Positions 18,634-27,671 of a stretch of DNA of 64,000 bases are shown here, one piece after another. The DNA comes from an uncultured Acetatifactor sp. (GTDB taxonomy: Bacteria > Bacillota > Clostridia > Lachnospirales > Lachnospiraceae), in NCBI GenBank assembly GCA_910586775.1, contig CAJUJN010000006.1:26344-90343 (forward strand). Reading direction: 5' to 3'. Under the pieces are notes generated by a model. It did no database searches and was not told the origin of the DNA. It worked only from the letters and a program-made list of their open reading frames with translations. Position numbers and translations under genes: made by a program. The stretch's first letter is position 1. Every line of letters begins with the position of its first letter.

Positions 18634-19083
18634 ATGAAAGCGACAATGCCCATGAAAACAATAACACACGCGAAAACAGATTCCAACACCCCAAAAGCCG
18701 CCGTTCTGACAGCCGCTTTTCTGATTCTCGTATGCCTGATAAGCTTAATCTATCTGCTTCTGCCCGCCGGGAACAAAACGGAATACACGGCAGATATCTA
18801 TCAAAACGGTATATTGATTATGAGTATACCGTTAGTCGGAGAAACAGAAAGCCGCATTTTCACCATAGAAGGAGATAACGGCTGTATCAACGAAGTTGAA
18901 GTCCGGCCTGGCAGCATCGGCATCATCTCCGCCGACTGCCCGGACAAACTCTGCGTCGGTCAGGGGTTCATCAGCGATACCAGACTGCCCATTACCTGTC
19001 TGCCCAACAGGCTGGTCATTCAGCTAAGGCCTGCATCCGATGACGCCAAAGACACCGCAGTTTTGGATATCATCACCTACTGA
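18634..19083 (+). CDS. NusG domain II-containing membrane-anchored protein (DUF1312-like)
   Basis: N-terminal TM helix followed by IFTIEGDNGCINEVEVRPGSIGIISADCPDKLCVGQGFIS, as in the NusG_II family. It sits next to a Gx transporter, as is typical. Confidence 0.75.
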   Translation: MKATMPMKTITHAKTDSNTPKAAVLTAAFLILVCLISLIYLLLPAGNKTEYTADIYQNGILIMSIPLVGETESRIFTIEGDNGCINEVEVRPGSIGIISADCPDKLCVGQGFISDTRLPITCLPNRLVIQLRPASDDAKDTAVLDIITY

Positions 19084-19168
19084 CCGCTTTCCGGCCAGTG
19101 CCCGGGCATTTATCGAAGCATGGTCCAAACCTACCCGCCCCCTGTCCCATATACCAAAGGAGCCTGTT

Positions 19169-19666
19169 ATGTCCCTGAAAAAACTGACACTTTTATCCCT
19201 TTTCACCACCATATCCCTGGCTGTCTACACCATTGAAAGCGCCATTCCGCCCCTTGTCCCTATCCCGGGGATTAAGCTGGGGCTTGCCAATATCGTGACT
19301 CTGGTGCTGCTGCGCCGCTTCCGTGCCAAAGATGCGCTGACGGTGCTGTGCTGCAGAATCCTGCTGTCCGCGCTGTTGTTCGGCCATGCACTGTCCCTGC
19401 TTTACAGCCTTGCCGGCGGACTTGCGAGCCTTTTTATCATGTGTCTCGTCATGAAGCTGTTGCAGAAAAAATGGATTTACCTTACAGGTGCCATGGGCGG
19501 ACTGACTCACAATATGGGACAGCTTCTGACTGCATGGGCGCTCACCGGCACCGGCGGCGTATTTGCCTATCTGCCTTTCCTGGCCCTCAGCGGAGTTATC
19601 ACAGGTCTCTTTACCGGATTGTGTGCCGGATTTCTGGACAAATACCTGGGAATTGCCGGAAAATAG
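19169..19666 (+). CDS. Gx transporter family protein (heptaprenyl diphosphate synthase component I-like)
   Basis: IPGIKLGLANIVTLVLL motif and a polytopic profile. The ATG at 19169 is preceded by AAGGAG. The ORF-track start at 19040 overlaps the previous gene. Confidence 0.85.
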   Translation: MSLKKLTLLSLFTTISLAVYTIESAIPPLVPIPGIKLGLANIVTLVLLRRFRAKDALTVLCCRILLSALLFGHALSLLYSLAGGLASLFIMCLVMKLLQKKWIYLTGAMGGLTHNMGQLLTAWALTGTGGVFAYLPFLALSGVITGLFTGLCAGFLDKYLGIAGK

Positions 19667-19687
19667 CTTGTGGTTTCCGAACCTGCT

Positions 19688-20527
19688 CTACCTGAAATCT
19701 TCCAGGTCCCGCAAAAGCACCCTTATCGACTTTCCCGTTACCGGGTGCCTGAAAGCGGGCGCAATCTCTGCCAGCGGCTCCAGTACAAAGCGCCGGTTCT
19801 CCAGGTCAGGATGGGGAATCACCAGATTATCGCTCTCCATCACTATTTTATCAAAAAAAAGAATATCCAGATCCAACGTCCTGGGTCCCCAGTGTATCGT
19901 CCGCTCTCTTCCCGCCGCATTTTCCATTTCATGCAGGGCTTCCAGAAGCTGCTGCGGATTCATCAGAGTCTCAATCTCCACCGCGCCGTTTAAAAAATCA
20001 TCCTGTTCCACCCCGCCGTAAGGTTTCGTGACCAGCAATTCCGAAACCTTCCTCAGCTCTATCAGCGGATGTTTTTTCATCGCCTCTATGGCATCCGAAA
20101 GAAAGCTTTCCCGCTCTCCCATGTTGGAACCCAGTGCAATATATGCCCTGTGCCAGCTTCTATTAACCCTGACGGAAATCTCCTCAAAGGGCAGAAGGAC
20201 CGGCGCAAACGGCTTTACGATTTCCAGGCTGACTGCCGAAACCAGGCTGTAATTCAGAAGCAATGCTTCCGACAGCCTTTCCGCTACGGCTTCCAGAAGC
20301 CTGCAGGTGTTCTCCTGCATCCATTTCGTGATAAAATGGCATACTGCTCCATAGTCCACTGTATGCTCCAGCTCATCGCTGGTACCCGCCTTCTCCATAT
20401 CGGTATACAAAACGGCATTCACGTAAAATGTCTGACCGTTCCTGGTCTCCTCCGGATAAACTCCGTGATATGCGAATACTTCCAATCTGTCAATATGAAT
20501 CTCATCTTTCGCCCATTCAGAATACAT
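19688..20527 (-). CDS. folBK: Bifunctional dihydroneopterin aldolase / 6-hydroxymethyl-dihydropterin pyrophosphokinase (FolB-FolK fusion)
   Basis: The N-terminal half LEVFAYHGVYPEETRNGQTF is FolB-like. The C-terminal half AYIALGSNMGE...WGPRTLDLDIL is FolK-like. The ATG at 20527 has a GGGAGG RBS; an alternative upstream ATG lies at 20590. Confidence 0.88.
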   Translation of the reverse strand: MYSEWAKDEIHIDRLEVFAYHGVYPEETRNGQTFYVNAVLYTDMEKAGTSDELEHTVDYGAVCHFITKWMQENTCRLLEAVAERLSEALLLNYSLVSAVSLEIVKPFAPVLLPFEEISVRVNRSWHRAYIALGSNMGERESFLSDAIEAMKKHPLIELRKVSELLVTKPYGGVEQDDFLNGAVEIETLMNPQQLLEALHEMENAAGRERTIHWGPRTLDLDILFFDKIVMESDNLVIPHPDLENRRFVLEPLAEIAPAFRHPVTGKSIRVLLRDLEDFR

Positions 20528-20609
20528 TGTAGCCTTACCTCCCACAGCGCATAATCCGTTCTGACACCGTACTGCTTTCTCCGTTTTCATTCTGCCGTTG
20601 CCGACCCTC

Positions 20610-21416
20610 TCATGCGTTCAAAATCGCCTCAGTCATCTTCACCGCCCTCACATTCTCCTTCACGTCATGAACCCTGACAAACATACAGCCCTTCATGACA
20701 CCGAGAACAGTGGTTGCAAGTGTACCCTCCAGCCTCTGCTCCACCGGCAGGTCAAGAGTCAGACCGATCACGGACTTTCTGCTGCAGCCCAAAAGCAGCG
20801 GATATTCCGATATTTGAATTGCATCCAGATGACGGAGTATCTTCAGATTCTGCTCACACGTTTTGCCGAAGCCGATACCGGGATCCAGAATAATTCTGTC
20901 CCTGGCAATCCCCGCTCTCTCCGCCAGCTGCAGACTCTCCTTGAGTTCTGTCGCCACATCATCCACAAGAGAACGATACTCCGTACTCTTTCTGTTATGC
21001 ATGAGGCAGCAGGGCAGTTCGCTTCCGGCAATCACCTTTGCCATATCCGCGTCATATTTCAATCCCCATACATCATTGATCAGGTCCGCCCCCGCCGCAA
21101 TTCCCGCCGTTGCGACCCCGGATTTATAGGTATCCAGCGAAACCGGCACATCAAAAGCTTTTTTCACGGCTTCTATCACAGGCACTACTCTGGCAATTTC
21201 TTCCTCCTCCGGCAGCAGTGTATAGCCCGGTCTGGTGGATTCGCCTCCCACATCAATCAGGTCGGCACCCTCCGCCAGCATCTCCTCCACATGCCGCAGA
21301 GCCTTGTCTTTTTCATTCCATTTTCCGCCATCTGAGAAGGAATCCGGCGTTATGTTCAGAATACCCATCACATAGGTATGCCCTTTTGTCCGAAATTCTC
21401 TGTTTCCAATTCTCAT
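20610..21416 (-). CDS. folP: Dihydropteroate synthase
   Basis: GILNITPDSFSDGG, DVGGESTRPG and DPGIGFGK motifs. Confidence 0.95.
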   Translation of the reverse strand: MRIGNREFRTKGHTYVMGILNITPDSFSDGGKWNEKDKALRHVEEMLAEGADLIDVGGESTRPGYTLLPEEEEIARVVPVIEAVKKAFDVPVSLDTYKSGVATAGIAAGADLINDVWGLKYDADMAKVIAGSELPCCLMHNRKSTEYRSLVDDVATELKESLQLAERAGIARDRIILDPGIGFGKTCEQNLKILRHLDAIQISEYPLLLGCSRKSVIGLTLDLPVEQRLEGTLATTVLGVMKGCMFVRVHDVKENVRAVKMTEAILNA

Positions 21417-21592
21417 ATCTTATTCTGTTCCTCCCGACTCTGTCATCCAAAAACTTCGCCACAGTGTTCCCCAAAAACTGCTGCCCTCTGAATCCTCCCT
21501 TCAAAAAGCACTGCTGTCATACATGTCTCAAAGCTATCTGCTGAATCATCCCCATTTCCTTCAAAAGAAAATCACCTCAACCCGCACTGTCC

Positions 21593-22153
21593 CTACCCCA
21601 TCCGCAGCATCTGAAAGAAGCGTTCCTGCAGCATGGAATTCTCCTCAAAAGCACCTCTGACGGCAATGCTGACCGTCCTGCTGCCAGGCTTTTTTACCCC
21701 CCGCATGGTCATACACATATGCTCTGCCTCCAAAACCACCATGACACCTTTCGGTGCCAGATGCTTCATCAGCGCGTCCGCAATCTGTCCGGTCATCTGT
21801 TCCTGAATCTGCAGCCGGGCGGCATAGATTTCCACCGTCCTGGCAAGCTTGCTTAATCCGACCACCTTTCCGTCCGGTACGTACGCAATATGGGCTTTCC
21901 CGTAAAAAGGCATCAAATGGTGCTCGCAAATGGAATAAAAAGTAATATCCTTTTCCAACACCATCTCACTGCTTTCCACCGAGAATACCCTGGACAGCGG
22001 TACGGCTGCATCCGCCTCCATCCCGGCCAGGATTTCTCCATACATCCTGGCCACCCGGTCCGGGGTATCTTTAAGCCCTTCCCGGCCGGGGTCTTCATCG
22101 ATTCCCTCCAGAAGCAGCTTCACTGCCTCCCTTATTTTACCCTGATCTATCAT
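21593..22153 (-). CDS. folE: GTP cyclohydrolase I
   Basis: [20 protein letters not shown] and RLQIQE motifs. It overlaps the folC stop by 4 nt. Confidence 0.95.
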   Translation of the reverse strand: MIDQGKIREAVKLLLEGIDEDPGREGLKDTPDRVARMYGEILAGMEADAAVPLSRVFSVESSEMVLEKDITFYSICEHHLMPFYGKAHIAYVPDGKVVGLSKLARTVEIYAARLQIQEQMTGQIADALMKHLAPKGVMVVLEAEHMCMTMRGVKKPGSRTVSIAVRGAFEENSMLQERFFQMLRMG

Positions 22154-23535
22154 CTTCTGCCAGCTTCCTTTCCATGCCGGTTATTTTTGCTGCCTTTTTC
22201 GGCTTTCTCGAAGACAGCAGTCTGATACAGTTCTTTGCCGTGTCCTTCCTTTGAGGCATATCCTGTGATTTCCATCAGCCTCCCCAGAAAGGACAGTGAC
22301 CCAAAGGCAATTATCACGTCCTCCTTTCCGGCCAGCAAATGACTCATCTCCACCGCTTCCTCCAGGCTGTCCGCCGCTGTCACATTTACATGAACCTCTG
22401 CAGCGGCCTGTGCCAGCTCATACGCAGAAAGCGCCCTTGCATTATCCGGCGGCGTCACGGTTATGATCTGATCCGCCAGAGCATGGGTCAGGGCGATCAC
22501 CTTCTCATACTCCTTGTCCTTCAACATTCCCATGATATAGAGCACTCTTTTATCCGGAAAATAAAATTTCACAGACTCCGCCAGCCGCCTGGCTCCGTCC
22601 TCATCATGGGCACCGTCCACAATAAAATAAGGCTTCTTACCCACCACGGTAAATCTGCCCGGCCATCTCGCCCCCGCCATCCCTCTGCGCAGCTGTGTCT
22701 CCGTAACCGCAAATCCCCGGCCTGCAAGACTCCTCAAAGTCTCCAGCGCCACAATAGCATTGCCAATCTGATACTGTCCTCCCAGAGTGATCTCCATGCT
22801 CTTCCAGTCGCTGTAATCAAATCTTTGCTTTTCCAGTCCGTAACGCACATGAGAAGCTTTTCTCTCGTCCGCAATGACCAGCGGACAATCCAAAGCGGCA
22901 GCTTTCTCCGCAATCACTTCCGTAACCTCCGGGCACTGGGCTGCGGAAACCACACTGCACCCCGCTTTCAGTATTCCCGCCTTCTGAGCCGCAATCTCCG
23001 GCAGCGTGTTGCCGAGAAACTTCATGTGATCCCTGCTGATGGACGTAATCACTGCCACACAGGTCTCTTCCACCACATTAGTGGCGTCCAACAGGCCTCC
23101 CATTCCTGTCTCCAACACCACGATATCACATTTTTTCTCTTTAAAATACCAGAACGCCAGCGCCGTCTTAATCTCGAAGACCGTTGGATGAGGCAGCCCG
23201 TCCGCCACCATGCCGTCACATGCCGCTTTCAGCAACTCCATTCCCTGGCAGAGCGCTTTCTGTGTGATATAAGTATCATTTACCTGTATTTCCTCCCTGT
23301 AATCAAAAAGGGCCGGAGAGAGATACCTACCCACACGGCATCCGCCGCATTTCAGGACAGATGCCACATAAGCGGAAACCGAGCCTTTCCCATTGGTTCC
23401 GGCTACATGCACATATTTCAGCCCCTTCTGGGGCTCTCCTATCTTTCTGCAGAGTTCACGAATACTGTCAAGCCCGGGCGATACGCCGTACCTCGATGTC
23501 TGTTCCACATATTCCATTGCTTCTCTGTAATTCAT
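22150..23535 (-). CDS. folC: Folylpolyglutamate synthase / dihydrofolate synthase
   Basis: [10 protein letters not shown]-loop, Mur-ligase layout, 461 aa. Confidence 0.92.
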   Translation of the reverse strand: MNYREAMEYVEQTSRYGVSPGLDSIRELCRKIGEPQKGLKYVHVAGTNGKGSVSAYVASVLKCGGCRVGRYLSPALFDYREEIQVNDTYITQKALCQGMELLKAACDGMVADGLPHPTVFEIKTALAFWYFKEKKCDIVVLETGMGGLLDATNVVEETCVAVITSISRDHMKFLGNTLPEIAAQKAGILKAGCSVVSAAQCPEVTEVIAEKAAALDCPLVIADERKASHVRYGLEKQRFDYSDWKSMEITLGGQYQIGNAIVALETLRSLAGRGFAVTETQLRRGMAGARWPGRFTVVGKKPYFIVDGAHDEDGARRLAESVKFYFPDKRVLYIMGMLKDKEYEKVIALTHALADQIITVTPPDNARALSAYELAQAAAEVHVNVTAADSLEEAVEMSHLLAGKEDVIIAFGSLSFLGRLMEITGYASKEGHGKELYQTAVFEKAEKGSKNNRHGKEAGRR

Positions 23536-23674
23536 CGCCTGCCATACGCCCCCTTTACTATGATCTGCTGTCAGCGGCTGTCGGTTTTACACCACATATA
23601 CTCGTGAGCGCATTCCTTTTCCACTTTGTGCCTTGACTTTGCAGAAGCGCACACTCGTTTGCTGTTCTTTGCGC

Positions 23675-23748
23675 TATACTCAGGACCGCCAGAATTTACC
23701 GTTCTGTTCAAGGCAGGAATATTGCCGGCGACCTTCCGTAATATCAAA
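23675..23748 (-). repeat. Degenerate copy of the TATACT hairpin element, in inverted orientation relative to copies 1-3
   Basis: TATACTCAGGACCGCCAGAATTTAC matches the reverse complement of the 3-prime arm of the full copies. The partner arm TTGCCGGCGACCT has diverged. Confidence 0.55.
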
Positions 23749-23979
23749 TAACTGCAACTCTACCCAATACGCGGTATAAATTGCAGCTTTCTGCATAATT
23801 TTCACCCGGATATGCATACTAAGGAAGTGTTACGAAAGCGGCATTGAACAATCATGTAAAACGCCGCTCCTGTCTGTTACTGCAGAAACTGCCGCACTAT
23901 AAACTGCCTGAAAGCCCCTCCTGCCTCACCGGCACTCCATTACGGCAGACTTTGCCATTCCATCAAAAGGAGCCCTGTT

Positions 23980-24393
23980 ATGAAACATACTTTACCCACG
24001 TTTACGAAAAACTTCCTCAAATGCGGGCTTGCAGGCTGGTGCATGGAAATACTGTTCACTTCCATGGACTCGCTGCGACGCCGGGATATGACCCTCAGAG
24101 GCAATACTTCTCTCTGGATGTTCCCCATCTACGGCAGTGCTGCCGTACTGGCTCCCTTAAGCCGGCTCCTGGCCGGGAAATCCCCATGGAGACGCGGACT
24201 GGCTTACATGGGCCTGATTTTTTCCGCCGAGTATTTTTCCGGCATATATCTGGGCAGACACAGACTCTGTCCCTGGGATTACAGACGCAGCCGGTGGAAC
24301 ATACGCCGTGTCATCCGCCTGGACTATGCTCCCTTCTGGTTTTTCGCAGGATTATTGTTCGAGCATCTGCTTTCGCCGGACTCCGACAGATAA
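23980..24393 (+). CDS. Small membrane protein of the putative ABC-transporter type IV family (DUF1113-like)
   Basis: CGLAGWCMEILFTS and LWMFPIYG motifs. RBS AAGGAG. A paralog lies at 42035-43006. Confidence 0.7.
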   Translation: MKHTLPTFTKNFLKCGLAGWCMEILFTSMDSLRRRDMTLRGNTSLWMFPIYGSAAVLAPLSRLLAGKSPWRRGLAYMGLIFSAEYFSGIYLGRHRLCPWDYRRSRWNIRRVIRLDYAPFWFFAGLLFEHLLSPDSDR

Positions 24394-24546
24394 TCCGGAG
24401 ACACAACATGCCCTGCTCCTCCCCGCGCCCGCTTAACCGTTCGGCACTTATCTCCATTCCATAAAAGCTGTCCTGCGTCTGACAACCGTCAGCATCAGCC
24501 CGAGCGAATTTACCCGTGTCAGATATCTCCAAACGCCCTCAGGTTG

Positions 24547-24933
24547 TCAGTCGTCCATATCCTCCATATCGCTCAGGTCTTCGGAACCGATATCCAGCAT
24601 ATTCACCGTACGCCTCTTCAGCCTGGCCTCCTCGGATTGCTTCAAAATATATTCCTTCACCTCTTTGGAATGCTTAATATGCTGCAGTACCAGCTGCGGG
24701 TGGGTGGTGTCACCGGTGTAACAGGTCACTGTGCCCAGTCCGAAGACTTTCTCCGCCAGACTTGCGCTATGACTTACATCCTGCACCTTGTACATGAAAC
24801 AGTCATTCTCTATGGTCTTCAGCAACCCCTCATCTATGGTGATCATATCCTCCTTCACCGTGTACTTTGTAAAAGTAAAAGGAAGCCCGAAAAACACCCA
24901 TCTTTTTCTCTCAACATATTCCATCTTCTGCAC
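24547..24933 (-). CDS. Bacterial PH domain (bPH_2 / YdbS-like) protein
   Basis: FFGLPFTFTKYTV...ITIDEGLL...YKVQDV...LGTVTC pattern, 128 aa. Confidence 0.7.
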   Translation of the reverse strand: MQKMEYVERKRWVFFGLPFTFTKYTVKEDMITIDEGLLKTIENDCFMYKVQDVSHSASLAEKVFGLGTVTCYTGDTTHPQLVLQHIKHSKEVKEYILKQSEEARLKRRTVNMLDIGSEDLSDMEDMDD

Positions 24934-25106
24934 CCGTCCTTTCTGTATCCGTTTTCAGTCTCATTATAATCTAATCGGGCGGAATATGCAAATCTTTACA
25001 CACAAATCTTTTGCAATTCTTGAAAGATTTCATTGAAACTCCTTCCATAACGTGGTATTATTGTAAGAAGAAATTTCCAGGAAAATAATCTAAGGAGGTT
25101 CCACCG

Positions 25107-25646
25107 ATGACTGCAAACGAGTGTATCAAAGGACGCAGAAGCATCCGCAAGTTCACTGACCAGCCCGTTTCCCATGAACTGTTGGCCCGGATTGTTGAGA
25201 CCGCTTCCTACGCCCCCAGTTGGAAACATACCCAGATCGTCCGTTATATCGCCGTAGAGGGTGCAAAGAAGGCCGCTTTGGCCAAATGTACTTCCATTTT
25301 CCCCGGCAACGGAAGGATCATGGAGAACGCTCCCATGGTAATCGCCGTCACCATGATCAAGGGACGCAGCGGATATGAGCGCGACGGCTCTTTTTCCACT
25401 CCCAAAGGCGACAGATGGCAGATGTATGATGCCGGTGTGGCCGGTGAAGCCTTTTGTCTTGCCGCTTATGAACAGGGACTGGGCACCGTGATCATGGGTC
25501 TGTTTGATGAAGAAGAAGCAACGAAGCTGCTGGAACTCCCTGAGGACAGAGAGCTGGTGGCTTTAATTCCTGTTGGATATCCCGATGAGACACCTGCCGC
25601 TCCCAGACGCAAAGCGGTAGAAGATTTATTATCCTATCAATCATAA
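25107..25646 (+). CDS. Nitroreductase family protein
   Basis: [15 protein letters not shown] and APSWKHTQ motifs, 179 aa. Confidence 0.9.
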   Translation: MTANECIKGRRSIRKFTDQPVSHELLARIVETASYAPSWKHTQIVRYIAVEGAKKAALAKCTSIFPGNGRIMENAPMVIAVTMIKGRSGYERDGSFSTPKGDRWQMYDAGVAGEAFCLAAYEQGLGTVIMGLFDEEEATKLLELPEDRELVALIPVGYPDETPAAPRRKAVEDLLSYQS

Positions 25647-25653
25647 AACCAGG

Positions 25654-25686
25654 AGTCGAAGAGTTTTTCTCTTCGACTTCTTTTTG
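25654..25686 (+). terminator. Rho-independent terminator after the nitroreductase gene
   Basis: AGTCGAAGAG (25654-25663) pairs perfectly with CTCTTCGACT (25669-25678) and is followed by TCTTTTTGGG. Confidence 0.85.
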
Positions 25687-25912
25687 GGTGAGGTCCGGGC
25701 TGCGCGGTCCCGGGCTTTTCCCGGCCTGCTGCGGCACTGCGGCGGAATCTGCTTTCCCGGAACACCGGTACCCGCCATACATCCTGACTCCCCTGTTTCC
25801 GGAAAGATCCGCCCATATCCGTTTTACCTGTCCTCTGACACTGCTGTCCGGACACGGCCGCCGCAATCCCAAAAACTATATAAAAAGCTGCGCAGAAATG
25901 AGGAAAACATTT

Positions 25913-26836
25913 ATGAGACATTTAATGAGTCCCCTTGATTTTACCACCGAGGAGCTTGACCGGCTTTTCGACCTGGCAAATGAAATCGAACGTAATCCCG
26001 ACAGCTATGCCCATGCCTGTGACGGGAAGATACTCGCCACCTGCTTCTATGAACCCAGTACCCGCACCCGGTTAAGCTTTGAATCTGCAATGACACGCCT
26101 GGGCGGAAGGGTCATGGGCTTCGCGGATGCCGCTTCGTCTTCCGCCACCAAGGGCGAAAGCGTATCCGACACCATCCGCGTCATCTCCTGCTATGCAGAC
26201 ATCTGTGCCATGCGGCACCCCAAAGAAGGCGCGCCCATGGTCGCCGCGGAAAAATCCGGCATCCCGGTCATCAACGCCGGAGACGGCGGCCATCACCACC
26301 CCACCCAGACGCTGACGGACCTTCTGACCATCCGCAGCCTGAAAGGACGCCTGGGCGGTTTCACCATCGGACTGTGCGGTGACCTGAAATTCGGGCGTAC
26401 CGTCCATTCCCTGATCAATGCCCTGGTGCGTTACGAGGATATCCGCTTCACTTTTATCTCTCCCGAGGAATTGAGAGTCCCCGACTATATCACGGACATG
26501 CTGAAGGAAAAGAACATTCCCTTCAAGGAGGTCATCCGCCTGGAAAATGTCATGCCTGAGCTGGACCTGCTGTACATGACCAGAGTGCAGAAAGAACGCT
26601 TCTTCAATGAAGAGGATTATGTCCGCCTGAAAGATTTCTATATCCTGAATGCAGAGCGGATGGGCCTTGCCAAAGAGGACATGCTTGTGCTCCATCCCCT
26701 GCCCAGGGTCAATGAGATTTCCGTGGAGGTGGATGATGATCCCAGAGCCGTATATTTCCGGCAGGCGCAGTATGGCGTATATGTGCGCATGGCACTGATA
26801 CTGACCCTGCTGGGTATCACATCTTTATCAAAATAA
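25913..26836 (+). CDS. pyrB: Aspartate carbamoyltransferase catalytic subunit
   Basis: [17 protein letters not shown] and HPLPRV motifs. The ATG at 25913 is preceded by AGGAAA. The in-frame ORF extension back to 25688 is GC-rich and non-homologous. Confidence 0.93.
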   Translation: MRHLMSPLDFTTEELDRLFDLANEIERNPDSYAHACDGKILATCFYEPSTRTRLSFESAMTRLGGRVMGFADAASSSATKGESVSDTIRVISCYADICAMRHPKEGAPMVAAEKSGIPVINAGDGGHHHPTQTLTDLLTIRSLKGRLGGFTIGLCGDLKFGRTVHSLINALVRYEDIRFTFISPEELRVPDYITDMLKEKNIPFKEVIRLENVMPELDLLYMTRVQKERFFNEEDYVRLKDFYILNAERMGLAKEDMLVLHPLPRVNEISVEVDDDPRAVYFRQAQYGVYVRMALILTLLGITSLSK

Positions 26837-26906
26837 GCTGTTCCCTGTAAATGATATGATTTTATGCAACAATTTCATCAAAAATAAACAGAAGGAATGA
26901 TACAAT

Positions 26907-27347
26907 ATGCTAAATGTAGGAAAAATTGAAGAAGGCTTCGTGCTTGACCATATCAAGGCCGGCAAAAGCCTGGATATTTATGACCATCTGCAGTTGGACA
27001 AACTGGACTGCACTGTAGCCATCATCAAAAATGCCAGAAGCAATAAAATGGCAAAAAAGGACATCCTGAAGGTAGAATGCGACATTGATATGCTGGACCT
27101 GGATGTGCTTGCCTATATTGACCACAACATCACAGTCAACGTGATTAAAAACGGCAAAATTGTGGAAAAAAAGGAACTGACGCTACCCGGGAAGATTAAA
27201 AATGTCATCCACTGTCACAATCCCAGATGCATTACTTCCATCGAACAGGAACTGCCCCATATCTTTTATCTGGCAGATCCCAAAAAGGAGGTCTACCGCT
27301 GCAAGTACTGTGACGAGAAGTATGTGGCATCTGCGAAATGGAATTAG
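26907..27347 (+). CDS. pyrI: Aspartate carbamoyltransferase regulatory subunit
   Basis: VLDHIKAG and the zinc domain CHNPRCIT...YRCKYCD. Confidence 0.92.
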   Translation: MLNVGKIEEGFVLDHIKAGKSLDIYDHLQLDKLDCTVAIIKNARSNKMAKKDILKVECDIDMLDLDVLAYIDHNITVNVIKNGKIVEKKELTLPGKIKNVIHCHNPRCITSIEQELPHIFYLADPKKEVYRCKYCDEKYVASAKWN

Positions 27348-27375
27348 TACCAAAAATATTTAATGAAAAACAAAA

Positions 27376-27399
27376 GGCTCTGGATTTGTTCCAGAGTCC
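27376..27399. terminator. Bidirectional hairpin terminator between the convergent pyrBI and HK/RR operons
   Basis: GGCTCTGGA tttgt TCCAGAGTCC. It is flanked by an A-run upstream and TCCTTTGCTT downstream. On the minus strand it is followed by CTTTTGTTTTTC. Confidence 0.7.
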
Positions 27400-27671
27400 T
27401 TTGCTTCAATGTTTTCCTTTCGTCCCCCGATCCGGCCAACCGACATTTAAGATATCATTTTCAGAAAACCCAAACTCAAATTCTGTTTCAACAATCTCAA
27501 CCGCCCTTCCTTCAGTTCACCTTTTGTCCTGTTTTCCTTTGCGATTTTCAAACAAAATACACATATCATAGTCTTTCCTTTCAAATAGCATTATAATCAA
27601 TCTTACAGTTTGCTGCACCCTGCTTTCAACCGCTTGAACAGGATGTCATACTCGCCGTTTATCTGTAGATA

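Noticed and set aside
22339-23607. Very long antisense ORFs opposite real genes. Examples: 22339-23607 opposite folC, 50790-51866 opposite traX, 46938-48017 opposite pyrF, 60239-61261 opposite ansA, 61272-62210 opposite the CapA-family gene, 31199-32104 opposite GH42, 57229-58104 opposite clpX, 43035-43844 opposite ylmH, 20598-21335 opposite folP, and 16823-17722 opposite apbE.
   Set aside because: Each overlaps a gene with unmistakable family motifs on the other strand. Their translations are low-complexity (P/R/S/H/L-rich) with no recognisable motifs or RBS. Open antisense frames are an expected by-product of the codon bias of this moderately GC-rich genome.
23536-23700. A THF riboswitch upstream of folC.
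   Set aside because: I could not match the conserved THF-I core as I recall it. The most conserved-looking segment is instead a 22-nt repeat that also occurs in the unrelated clpX-engB spacer. A covariance-model scan is still needed for certainty.
25687-25912. A PyrR attenuator or protein-coding N-terminal extension upstream of pyrB. This is a GC-rich region of about 225 nt that is open in the pyrB frame.
   Set aside because: There is no UCCAGAGAGG-like loop, and no hairpin plus U-tract terminator. The in-frame translation ([15 protein letters not shown]...) is unlike ATCase N-termini, and a proper RBS/ATG exists at 25913. I kept it only as an unexplained GC-rich leader.
27338-27596. Two overlapping 77-aa plus-strand ORFs after pyrI.
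   Set aside because: Both begin at or after the pyrI stop and run through the bidirectional terminator. They are low-complexity and have no RBS.
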